Assembly: GCF_002113885.1 (NCBI RefSeq) | Contig: NW_018408912.1 | Location: 520,947-584,946 of the forward strand | Direction of reading: 5' to 3' | Length of the DNA: 64,000 nucleotides | From: Mizuhopecten yessoensis | Lineage: Eukaryota | Part shown: positions 53,801 to 64,000 of the stretch, piece by piece | How positions within the stretch are numbered: position 1 is the first letter of the stretch | Layout: every line of letters starts with the position of its first letter | Program-made: the position numbers and the translations under genes | The notes under the pieces: model-generated | Told to the model about the DNA's origin: nothing | Seen by the model: the letters and a program-made list of their open reading frames with translations, nothing else | The model's database searches: none

Positions 53801-54989
53801 TATGCCAGTATTAAAGAGAACACCTTGATGCTTGAAAAGTTTAAAGTAAAATGTTACAAATTTTACTGTGATGTCAGAATTACATGGACTGATGCAGTGT
53901 CATTTGATATGGGATTAACAAGTTCTGACAACTCAATAAATCCAGGGCTCCAAATTAATTTAAAAAAAAAAATCACTAGCCTCTTGGGCAAGCAGTCGCC
54001 AATTTAACATGTCCATGTACAAATTCAATTAAGCCAATCGGGCTTGTGAAAAAACCTGCATTATTAGTAATTTGCAAAGAGACTTGAAGTTAACACAATT
54101 TACACAATTTTATACTTTTGTTGTTAATCATTCACTTCTTACTGTCAGTCCTAACCACCCCAGGATCGCTACCGCCACTATGGAACTGACTTCCTTGCAG
54201 GGAGGTTGGGTCTCCACCCCCCTGTTGTTACTAATTGTTAGTCCTAATGGTGGATTGTTGGATGAAAATGTCATATTTTTTGTATAACACAGATAATACT
54301 ACAAACCCTACTCATCATTTTAATTTGGATTACCCAATGACAACATAAAAAGATTTTGAACCTTTAAAAGAAAACCAGAATACTCTTTGTTTGTTGAATG
54401 CCAACTATTTAACTATGGACATATTTTAATTATGCATATCACTTGTAAATGAACTGTAACTGATATTCATAGAAAACCAAGAATTATTACAAATTTAGAA
54501 TTTCAGTGTCGTCGATAGTGGATCTTTCATAAGTGTTTTTGTAAAAAACAAAGAAACAACATCTGTAGCACCAGACTCTAAATGACAGATTCTGTCCTAA
54601 TGTCTATTTGATTTTCTTTCTTTCTTCACTTCTTTCATAGGAAACTTGACTTTATCAATTCGGGTCTTGTACTGTTTTATTGAAAAGGAAGGCAGAAATC
54701 TACAAGGCGCAGTTAAAATCTTGTATTTGTTTTTGACATATTTGAATAATTTCAAAATATATTTTTCACTTTGAAAATATTCAAACATTAATCAGCATCA
54801 TACTTGGAAATTTTAGCTTATTTTAGAGTAGAAATGATGAAGGAATAAAGGGGGGGGGGGAGTGCAGATATGCGGGAAGTAATATACTGGTTACAGAAGT
54901 GACTGAAAGATGCACCTTTCAAACTTCTCCATCAAGACATCCAGCTAATCAGTGTTAACTATGCACTGTACTGCGAAATCTGGCAACAA

Positions 54990-55071
54990 ATGTTCTCCCG
55001 CAGGTAGGCTAAATGAAGGATGCTCTAACTATGTTCTCCCGCAGGTAGGCTAAATGAAGGATGCTCTAACT
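54990..55071. repeat. 41-bp perfect tandem duplication (intron 5)
   Basis: ATGTTCTCCCGCAGGTAGGCTAAATGAAGGATGCTCTAACT x2. Confidence 0.92.
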
Positions 55072-56426
55072 TAGAATAAACATACCCTGAGCTGCATGCA
55101 GTGCCTTCTCGCTCTCCTGGTGATGCACTTTTGTTTTTATCCCACAAGGCTTATGGAAAATTCATTCATTAGGTACATTTAGAAATGCCGCAAATGATAG
55201 TGTAGCATGATAATTGGGTTGTACAGTGTTACAAGGCCCTGATCGTACTTGAGAGCCCCAGGCTTGGGTATTGAAGTTACGGGGATAAAGGTTACAAGGT
55301 TACGGCAGTATTTACCTACACACATGCTGGATTGTTAGCATCAAAAGATTTAAGAGTATACAGATCTATATGTGTAACTTATGGCTGGTTAACTTGCCTT
55401 CAATAAATAAACCCTCATGAATATAATAAAGACAAAAATAACATCTGAATGAAGTAGTATATGTTAGGAAGTTGTAATGTAAATTGATTTTGGGTGAGTA
55501 AAAACTGAAATATCTAATTTTGAACAATACATGTATATTTAAGGTAACTTTGTTTCCATATTAGTGTTGATTCATGGTTAAGTTTACAAAACTTTTCCGC
55601 TTTTCTTCATGATTTTTGGGGCAAGCAGTGTACTTCTGATCTGACACATTCATGTACACATATAAAAAACAACATACCAATCTGTGTTCTAGCTTCCTAA
55701 CCATGTAAACTTAAAAATTCCATGACATAGAGCATCTCCACATCCTAAAAGATTTCTCATGATGGTTGTCCTATTTAATCACCATTTTAAAGGGGAGATT
55801 TTAACTTCTCTCTGATTGATGTCTCAGTTTCTTATTTGAAATGCTAATTAACAACAAAGTTAAATGAAAAATAACAATCTGAAAGTCATGTAGATGTATA
55901 TATTTAGTAGTTTTGAGAAAGAGGAATTCAAAAACAAAAAGTAACAAGATTTGACATCACTGTTTTATGGGTGAACTTGATTTGTGACTTAACACAGAGT
56001 TGTTGAATCTAGCCAGGGTGGGATTACTATTCTGTGGATATAAAGGTCATCTGCATTGTTTTGTTTAGCTGTTGACAGTTGTGGACATGAATAATTGATG
56101 TAAAATCAATTAAGTACTGGTCATGAAGCTGTATGTAATTATTGAGGGCACTTTACATGAGGTAAGGCTGTTCTGAAAGTGATGACAAAGAGATGCTGCT
56201 GTATAGCAAGTTTATAAACAAATCTCAGGGTGCCCACAGAATTTCTTGGAGTATAAAATGTTATTACTGATCGTATATTTGTGTCGTACATTAAAGGGTG
56301 TTCAGAACACCAAACTCTTGTAAGAAATTTTGGATTCAGAAAGCTAGCTATTGGATCCTCTGGAGCTGGTGATAAAGCTGATCACTGCAACAATATAAAA
56401 AAAAATTTCTCTTTATATCATTACAG

Positions 56427-56516
56427 GTAGTACCCAGGCAGGGAGTCCTATGCCAACTCGCCCCTCTTCTGATGGACAAAACACTCGCATGACGCAGTCA
56501 CCGATGGCTACTCAAG
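56427..56516 (+). CDS. ARID1: ARID1 coding exon 6 (90 nt; not in ORF track)
   Basis: ttacag|GT AGT ACC..CAA G|gtaaaa. Translates GSTQAGSPMPTRPSSDGQNTRMTQSPMATQ. Phase 1-1. Confidence 0.88.
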
Positions 56517-56746
56517 GTAAAACACGTACAGAGTGTAAGGAAACTGGACTGTTTATTATGTTGAACAAAAATATTCCAGTGCTAGTTCAGAGGAAATATT
56601 GAAGTTATAAAAATATGATTTCTAAAGTTAAGAAAATTTGCAGCTGTTCTGTTAATAGGAAATCGTCGGTTTTAAACTGTTCATTGTTCTATTATAAAAA
56701 ATCCTCAAATTATGGTAAGAAGATCAGCACATATTTGACTTTGTAG

Positions 56747-56896
56747 GTTACAACCAGCAGATGATGCCACCACCAATGGGTCCAAACCAGGGGAACTTCG
56801 GACCTGGAAGTGGTGGTAAGATTCCTGGTAGTGGCATGGGAGGTAACTCCGTGGGTGGACACTATCCTCAGTATAACTCTCACTTCTCTCAGCCAG
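56747..56896 (+). CDS. ARID1: ARID1 coding exon 7
   Basis: tttgtag|GT TAC AAC..CCA G|gtgagc. Translates GYNQQMMPPPMGP..HFSQP. Phase 1-1. Confidence 0.9.
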
Positions 56897-57946
56897 GTGA
56901 GCGACACATCAGATGTTTCCTGTCCAATACTTGCCCAATTATTGTAACAATAGTTACATTTTTGCTCCGTTATTTCCATTTCTTCAAAAGAATTTATATG
57001 TAATACAGGATATTTTGGTGGGGGTGGTGGGGGGGTGTTAATTATATTGAACTTTTATATTGCAGTGGCATGTACCTGTAATGTATAAATTTTAATGGGC
57101 ATTTGTCTTGATTAAAATTGAACCGACGTAGTAAAATGAAAATTATTAGAAGATCTGTCCATTATGAAATACAAATTTCATGCTATAAAATTGATCAGCT
57201 TAAATTTGCATTTCATAAGAAGTTGTAAACTTGCCTGTTATGTATAGTGGGAGACATCTTTTGTAGAGACTGAAGAAATCGGTTTCCCCAAAAATTCTGG
57301 AAATCTTGAAATTTGCAAAGAAAAATTATGTAAAAATTATGAGAAAAATTCCTGATGCAAGATGAACAGAATTGAATGTTTGGCTTCATTTCATGGCTTA
57401 CTACTTTTAACATATGCTTTTTGATAGGTTTTTAAGTATTTTACCAACACGATTCCTGTACTTTCGGTTATGGTAAAACAAGGTGTATAGGGTCCCATCA
57501 GAGGCAGGTATGGGAAATATGGAAATGTATCTAAGGGTGTAGAAATGACTTCCATATTTCTATATAACATAACTCCTTCTTTCACCTATCAGAGGTTTTG
57601 GTAAAAAAAATATATTGACATTGCAAATGCAACAATAAATATTGTAGACTTCATAGAATAAAGTTTGTGATGAATTTATTTGGAAAGAGCAGAAAAAGTA
57701 AAGTATACCACTAGTTTACTTAAATTGAAGCAGTCTACAATCAATTTCTGTGAAGAGATGTGGAATGTAGAAAGAAGAAATGAGTTTCAGAGATATCCCC
57801 GAATTCATTAATCATCGTACAATATATGTGTCTGCCATTTACCAACTACAGGCTTTTCTGGACATGAAATTTGGTAATATGAAAAAAACCTGCTTAAAAA
57901 TCTTTAAAAGTCAGGAATATTTAAATTGTGTTTCTGTTGTATTCAG

Positions 57947-59482
57947 GAATGTACCCTGGTAGGCAAGGCGGCAATATGCAGGGAAACGCTGTGATGCAGA
58001 ACTACCCTCAACAGAATATGTACAATGGTCCAAGTCACGGGAATGCTAACATGTATAACAATATGCCTATGGGCAACAGGAACTATCCTATGTACAGTAG
58101 TGGACAGAATAGCATGATGAATGTGAACAATCAGTATGGTAATAGTTATGGGAACCATATGGGTCAAGGATCAGGCCCTGGTCCGGGTCCGGGTCCAGTT
58201 CCGGGTCCAGGTCCAGGTCCAGGTCCTGGTCCAGGTCCTGGTCCTGGTCCTGGTCCTGGTCAGAACTCGGGGCCAGGGCCAGGGCCTGGTTCTGGGCCTG
58301 GTCCTGGTCCTGGTCCAGGTCCAGGTGCCAGTCCTGGGCCTGGAGTCTCTGTAGTCCCAGGAGGTCCAAGCCCTGGACCAATCGGTCCCAATGCTGGTGG
58401 TCCCAGCCCCGGACCCAATGGTCCAAGTAGTGGAGGTCCAAGTCCTGGGCTGGGGCTGGGACCTGGGAGTCATTCAGGGATGTCTCAAAACAGTGGCATG
58501 GCAGGATCCCTGGGCCAACAAGGACAAAACATGGCGGCAAGTAGTCCAGGACAACCAGTTGGAGCAACTGTCCCTGCAGTTAAAGGTGCACAGGCGGCTG
58601 CTCAAGCTGCTTTGATAGCGGCGGCCAATTCTGCAAAAGGTCAACAACCAGTGGCAGTACGTCCCACCATGACAAATCCGCAAAGAATGTATACGCCACC
58701 ACAGCAAATGGGCCAAATGAATCAAATGAACCATGTAGGATATGGGCACAACTTCAACTCTAACATACCAAACTCAAATATGAATCAGTTGCCCAACTCG
58801 CATTCGCCAGTGCCTAATTCTAGTTCAATGGGTGGCCATTTACCATGTACTTCACCATCTACAATGCCCAACGATAATAATAGCATGTCTGTACCAATAT
58901 CTAGTAGTGTTCCTAATAGTTCTTTACCAAATAGTATAGGCGGCAATAATAACAATGGTTCCATGTTGCCAGCAACGTCTGTGCAACAGAACATTTCATC
59001 TGGTAGTATGCCGTCTGATAATTCAGTTATATCGTCATCATTAGCCTCTTCCATGGATTCAAATATGCCTTCATCAAATATCCCTCCATCTAGGACACCA
59101 AATATGCAACAGCATGACTCTAATTCATCTAGCTCAACGTTATCCAATACAAGTGTTCCAATTACTGAAAGTGAAGTTCATTCTAGTGCTCCTGATTCGA
59201 CACAAAATAGTCAACATGACACTAAAAAGAAGGGCAGTAGTGACCCCCAGGGGGTAGCACCTGTGTGTAATACGCCCAATCAAAGCTCGGATGTAGATAG
59301 CAACTCCTCTGGTATGACAAAGTCACACCACGAGAATCAGTCAATAGATGGAAAGGATCAAAGACTAAATGCAATGTCATCAGACAGTGTACCATCAGGC
59401 ATGCCAATGGAGCAAGTATCCTCACCATTCTCATCTAAGCAAGAAATGCCCATCACCACTACAGCAACTACAACAAACTCAG
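57947..59482 (+). CDS. ARID1: ARID1 coding exon 8 (1536 nt; GP repeat, Ala-rich helix, S/N-rich IDR)
   Basis: attcag|GA ATG TAC..TCA G|gtaagt. The frame is open throughout and contains KGAQAAAQAALIAAANSA. Phase 1-1. Confidence 0.93.
58174..58344 (+). repeat. Coding 6-bp (GGNCCN)n repeat encoding poly(Gly-Pro)
   Basis: GPGPGPGPVPGPGPGPGPGPGPGPGPGPGQNSGPGPGPGSGPGPGPGPGPG within exon 8. Confidence 0.95.
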
Positions 59483-60038
59483 GTAAGTAATTTGGAGGAA
59501 GGAATATTTAGTAAGAAAATCTCAACTTTCTGATGAAAAATGCAGCAATCTTTACATAAAAAATGTTGTGTTGAAAATGATGACCTGAATTTCAGGCTAG
59601 AGTTTCAGACATTGGTCGATAATGATCAATGAATGAGGCAAACACCATACTGATCAACACCAAGACGCAAGGGCTTCCTTATTTTAGTTTTAAACCATAA
59701 TATATTAAAATTTAATATGTAACTGAACCAGTTCATTATCAGTAATTGTCTAGACCTAGTTTTAAGCAGAAATATTTCTAAAAGGAATGTTTGTAGTTAT
59801 TTCAAATCCGATACATTGTAAAGAATTTTCTGATCGAGTGACCCTAGTTGATTGCATATTTTAATGTTGGCATTGGTTCATGTTGATGCTGTTAAGATAT
59901 CAAAAGGCCAAAAAATGATGCATGGGAATATTTTTCGATGTGCTTTTAATTTGGATTAAGAATATAAGTATTCTGTAGAGAAATTTCTCCTTGTGAACCT
60001 GACTATTTACACGACTACACATGTACTTTGGTTACCAG

Positions 60039-60229
60039 ATATAAAAACGATAGTCACTCAGAGCATCACTAGCCCGGTGACGAGCATTTCCGAGGCCGGG
60101 AACAGCAACGACAGCCATCAGGACCACATTCCCATCCCCCCACAACCTAACTGTTTACCCATGCCGCCGATCCCTACGATAGAGGAGGCTCCTGCCCCTC
60201 CCCCTCCATCCACGGAGAAAAAGAAAAAG
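60039..60229 (+). CDS. ARID1: ARID1 coding exon 9 (Pro-rich, ends in KKKK putative NLS)
   Basis: ttaccag|AT ATA AAA..AAA AAG|gtacga. Phase 1-0, which is needed to connect exon 8 (phase 1) to exon 10 (phase 0). Confidence 0.85.
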
Positions 60230-61414
60230 GTACGATTCATACCCATCTACAAACACTTTAGTGTAGCTGTAAACATAATCACACGTTTTCCTGTTGATGT
60301 TTTTGATATGTCATCTGTGAATATTAAATCAATTATAACCAAATCGGTTTGTTCCAGATTTTGTTAGATGACAAGTTTAAGATTCTTTTCTTTTTTGTAG
60401 TACGTTTGTTAACACATAAATCTTCAATGATCTGATTGTTCTGTTGTAATTGTTGAAAATTGTACGAACTTGTCGGTTGTCTAACAAAAGTTTGAGCAAC
60501 TTACACGAGATGCTACTGCATACATGATTTGTTTTTGTATTCTCATTAGTTCTTGGGAAAACATAAGCTGGGATTATCTTTTAAAAAATGATTAAGAAAA
60601 AAAAGCCTGTTGTCAGAATATAAAGAAGATTTAAATATGTAACTTTCAGGCTGTTGTTTCACAGCAATTCAGATCTTGTAAGAAACGAGAGTAGTTGAAG
60701 GGAGGTAATCTGGCACAGTTGTGAAGCAGGGCCTACAATTGTAGATACAATGCCATTGACAAAATCAATAGTAACATAAATGTAGAAGTGTGGTTTTGAT
60801 TTTGACTTTTTCTGTATCAAAACAAATTCCATGAAAGTAGAAGTTATAATAGTACAACTATAAATATTGCTGAGTAACAATTGCAAAAAAATCATACTGA
60901 TTTAGGAACTAAATTGTTATTAAGTTGATTATAAATGAACAGTATGTAGTTTAGCCTTCTGTCAGCATGTGTTTTCAGGGCTTTTACTTTCAAGCTTGAA
61001 TCTCCTGTGGGATATGAACATGATTGAATGATGCACTTGAGGGTGAAGTTTGCATTTTGAGTTGATTTTGTTTCTGAGGTTGATGCTATATATGATTGGC
61101 TGTACTTTTCATAGGCAGTGACAGACTCGCTCAACAACAAATTGATCTTGACTGCAAACTCTTGCAGCAAAGGGGCTCAGCTCTCAAACATAAACCGGGG
61201 AAGAATAAACTTAACAATTGCTGCTCTGGGGCAAGTCTGATGTTTGTTGTATAAATACAATGTCTGACTTGTCCATTTAAATGAGCAATTGGTAATTTTT
61301 GCCTCGATTTACAGGTATAGAGCTAAGCTTTCATATCCACAGTAGCAATACACTGCTGTACTCACTTAGTGACCTAAGGACAGGTAATGAGCCGTAGACT
61401 TGCCTTCATTGTAG

Positions 61415-61573
61415 GAGGGTGTATTGTCACATCCACCTACTCCCGCCAGTTCAGTGGCACCATCACCTGGCGGAGCCAGTATTTCATCTTGTCACGACGA
61501 CTTTGACAATATCGCCAGTCCGGCTAGCTCCACATCTGGCCCGGCGGTGGTTCCCTCGTGGGTCACCATGACA
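61415..61573 (+). CDS. ARID1: ARID1 coding exon 10
   Basis: cattgtag|GAG GGT GTA..ATG ACA|gtaagt. Translates EGVLSHPPTPASSVAPSPGGASISSCHDDFDNIASP. Phase 0-0. Possible alternative donor at 61558. Confidence 0.85.
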
Positions 61574-63731
61574 GTAAGTCCTACACCTCCCCCGTCGCTC
61601 GCTCGATAGCCTGCTCGCTCGTCATGGGTGTGGTACCCTCCTGCATCATACCGTCCGCCCGCTGTGGGATGTGGTTGTCATGGCATTTGTATTATTTACA
61701 TATTTTATATTTATATATATATATTTTCTTTATAGTGGTGAAGTTGTGATTTTTATTATTCATAACTGGTACTGGTCTTGTCTGCCCTGCACATTGTACT
61801 GGACAATGCCAGTATGTCACAAAACATGTGGTTCCTGGATGTGACTTGCACACTAGGCTTGTACTACTGTCAGACATTTGTTATCTCCCTTTAACAGAAA
61901 CTCTTTTGAAGTTTGATTGCAATATTTTGATTGAAGCTAATATAGCATATTTGAGACAAAAAGAGACTGATATAAAACAGAGTAGACTGTGTTAGGGAGA
62001 TGACAGTGTAAAAGACCATGCTGATATATGGGACTTACTGGTGTAAAGTATTTACTACCATTCGTGCTTTGCTCACTTGGACTAATGGTTTGATCATGTC
62101 ATTTATAATTTCATTATTTGCATTTTTACTGACTCGGCACTCACAGGATCAGATGCAGGTAATATCATGCTCGAAGGCCTTGATTTTGGCACAGCTCTTG
62201 TATTTCAAAGTTTAAAGTTTATTGTTATTTATAGAAATGTTTTACTTTCAAGTTTTTGTTCAAATTTGGTTTGAAATTTCTGTTTCTTGTTGACATGGCA
62301 TATCCTATGAACTATTTATCTTTGGCTTTCAAAAATCACTTGCAACATCAGAACAAGGCATCGGGTTTGTGTTTACAAAATTGTTTCATAAATGTTTTGC
62401 CAAGATGATCAATAGCAAATTATGTAACAACTAAAATATTAATTAATACCAGTTAATTGCCATTTATTACACTACTAATTGAAAGTTTAATCACAACCAA
62501 AAGCAATGATTTTACAATTTGTTATGCATCATCAAGGTTAGATCTTTTAGCCTTCCATTTTAAATCATATTCAAATATATTTTTTGTTAAAAACAATAAT
62601 ATCCGTCAAGTTCTGCGGTCATGTCCTAAGTAAAAATAATCACATCACACACTTAGAGGAAGCTGCATATGTAGATTGTTTCATAGCATGGATGTCATTA
62701 ATAGAGGGCACCTGCTGAATTTTATGAGATGAAACTACTGTATGATGAAAGTAAATTATATAACCCATCACCTACTGCAGCCAATTAATACTAATTCATT
62801 TGCATTTTAATTACCAATGTGCACCTTTATTTCATTGTCAACATTTCATTAGTTTAACACTCTATTGGAGTTTAATTCACCTCCATTTTGACTATTAGAC
62901 CTTCTTGGGGGTCACATTTCACTTGCAAATTAGACTTTGTTAATTTGTTAATTTTCTTATTGATTTTCTAGATAGTCTTTTGCATTTGCAGTTGTTATTT
63001 ATGGCAAACTTTATCCATTTGATAAGATCAAATCCAAGTTGCACAGAGCATATATGTTTTTGTTTCCTGTTCAATCTCGTTTTGACGTTTTCACTTTGCA
63101 CTGTAAAGAGTGGTTCAGTTCGTAAGCCTTAATGTCACACTTTAGTGTTTTGCGTCAATCAGTGGTTATGAACTTTCCCTGCATCATCATGTTTTATGTA
63201 TTTTCACACGTTTTTCTCTTCTCTGGAAAATTCATGTTTTGTCATTTGTCCAATTTTGCCAAGCATTTTGCTGATAATGATTAATTGAGTTTGAAATATT
63301 CCTGGATATTTTTATTTATCTTGCTTCCTTTTCTCAACTATAAAGTAGTAATTTGAATTCAAAGACAAATTCTCTGATGAATGTTGATTCTCGTCTTGTC
63401 AATTTCTTTGTTCTTGCGTTCATTCTTTTCTATATCTTTAATCATTAGACATCTGGATTTGACAATTAATTGAGAAGAGCAAAGTATAAAATGAATTTTT
63501 GTTGTAAACCTGTCACGAGTACGTTCCATATATTGGTGATGTATTTTTTTGTATGATGAATGTTTTATTTTATTTTGTTTGTTTTTTTTCTTCTCTTTTT
63601 TCCTCCCTCCCAAACAGCACTCCGCCAAGCCTGGTAAGACAGCCCTACAGTCATTGATGTAGTATTGAAAGCATGCCATTCTCCCCATATTTCCCTGAGC
63701 ACATGACTTTCATTCCTATTTGTCTTTATAG

Positions 63732-63923
63732 AAGGGCGGTGGTGACGTAGCGAAGCTGTATGAAATGGGCAGCGAGCCTGAGCGAAAGTACTTCCTGGAT
63801 CGTCTATTTGTGTTCCTCGAGGAGCGGTCGCAGCCTATCACTTCTATGCCCTCCATCAGCAAGCAGCCCCTTGACCTATACAGACTCTACCTAATTGTCA
63901 GGGATAAAGGTGGTATGCTTGAG
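63732..63923 (+). CDS. ARID1: ARID1 coding exon 11: N-terminal half of the ARID (BRIGHT) DNA-binding domain
   Basis: tttatag|AAG GGC GGT..CTT GAG|gtaaga. Translates KGGGDVAKLYEMGSEPERKYFLDRLFVFLEERSQPITSMPSISKQPLDLYRLYLIVRDKGGMLE. Confidence 0.96.
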
Positions 63924-64000
63924 GTAAGACCAATGGATAGTCGGGGCTCTAATTGTCGGGGATAAAAGTGGTATGCTTGAGGTAAGACCAAAGGATAATG
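63891..64000 (+). repeat. 58-bp tandem repeat spanning the ARID exon end and 5' splice site; runs off the window
   Basis: CTAATTGTC(A/G)GGGATAAA(G/A)GTGGTATGCTTGAGGTAAGACCAA(T/A)GGATA at 63891 and 63949. Confidence 0.92.

Larger units (their letters stand above)
25022..63923 (+). other. ARID1: ARID1 (ARID1A/ARID1B/osa orthologue; SWI/SNF BAF250 subunit) gene span, 3'-incomplete
   Basis: 11 exons join in frame through GT-AG introns. Diagnostic motifs: TPTLNQLL (LxxLL), GSPMPTRPSS, KGAQAAAQAALIAAANSA, and the ARID N-terminus KLYEMGSEPERKYFLDRLFVFLEER..PI.SMPSISKQPLDLYRLY..V..KGGMLE. Confidence 0.95.

Noticed and set aside
35220-56426. Short intronic ORFs (e.g. 47594-47837, 52803-53234) as nested genes
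   Set aside because: No recognisable domains, AT-rich composition and no coherent exon chain.
29295-57040. Isolated G-runs (~29295, 40360, 46694, 54850, 57017) as G-quadruplex elements
   Set aside because: Simple homopolymer tracts with nothing else supporting function.
57943-59434. Antisense and alternative-frame ORFs over exon 8 (QD, TR/TW and VQ/VL dipeptide repeats)
   Set aside because: Shadows of the GP repeat and the low-complexity sense exon.
61537-61580. Alternative frame WPGGGSLVGHHDSK suggesting a frameshift error in exon 10
   Set aside because: The main frame is open and splices in phase to the ARID exon, so no error is needed. cDNA would settle it.

Overview
Eukaryotic (animal) genomic DNA, AT-rich. 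The repeat families suggest a bivalve mollusc, which is an inference. The window has two halves. (1) 1-22.2 kb is a repeat and transposon graveyard: 43-, 36- and 41-bp minisatellites, a decayed Penelope-like element (+), the 3' part of a Helentron-type non-autonomous element, a 5'-truncated CR1/L2-type LINE (-) with a candidate TSD, a decayed RLE-type (Hero/NeSL-like) non-LTR retrotransposon (-), a ~9 kb array of a 21-bp unit, and a SINE remnant. (2) ~24-64 kb is the 5' portion of an ARID1 (ARID1A/B, osa; SWI/SNF-BAF subunit) gene on the + strand. I reconstructed 11 coding exons by hand with consistent GT-AG phases: 25022-25789, 31582-31746, 33072-33446, 35157-35219, 50729-50879, 56427-56516, 56747-56896, 57947-59482, 60039-60229, 61415-61573, 63732-63923 (3840 nt, 1280 codons). 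The model ends inside the ARID domain and the gene continues past the window. The most interesting candidates are a set of microexons plus an alternative donor just upstream of the ARID exon, a tandem duplication of the ARID exon end and its splice donor, a possible internal promoter, oriented ACCTG motif clusters in the long introns, and the combinatorial 21-bp array upstream of the promoter. I found no prokaryote-type system and no demonstrably new system; all findings are hypotheses.
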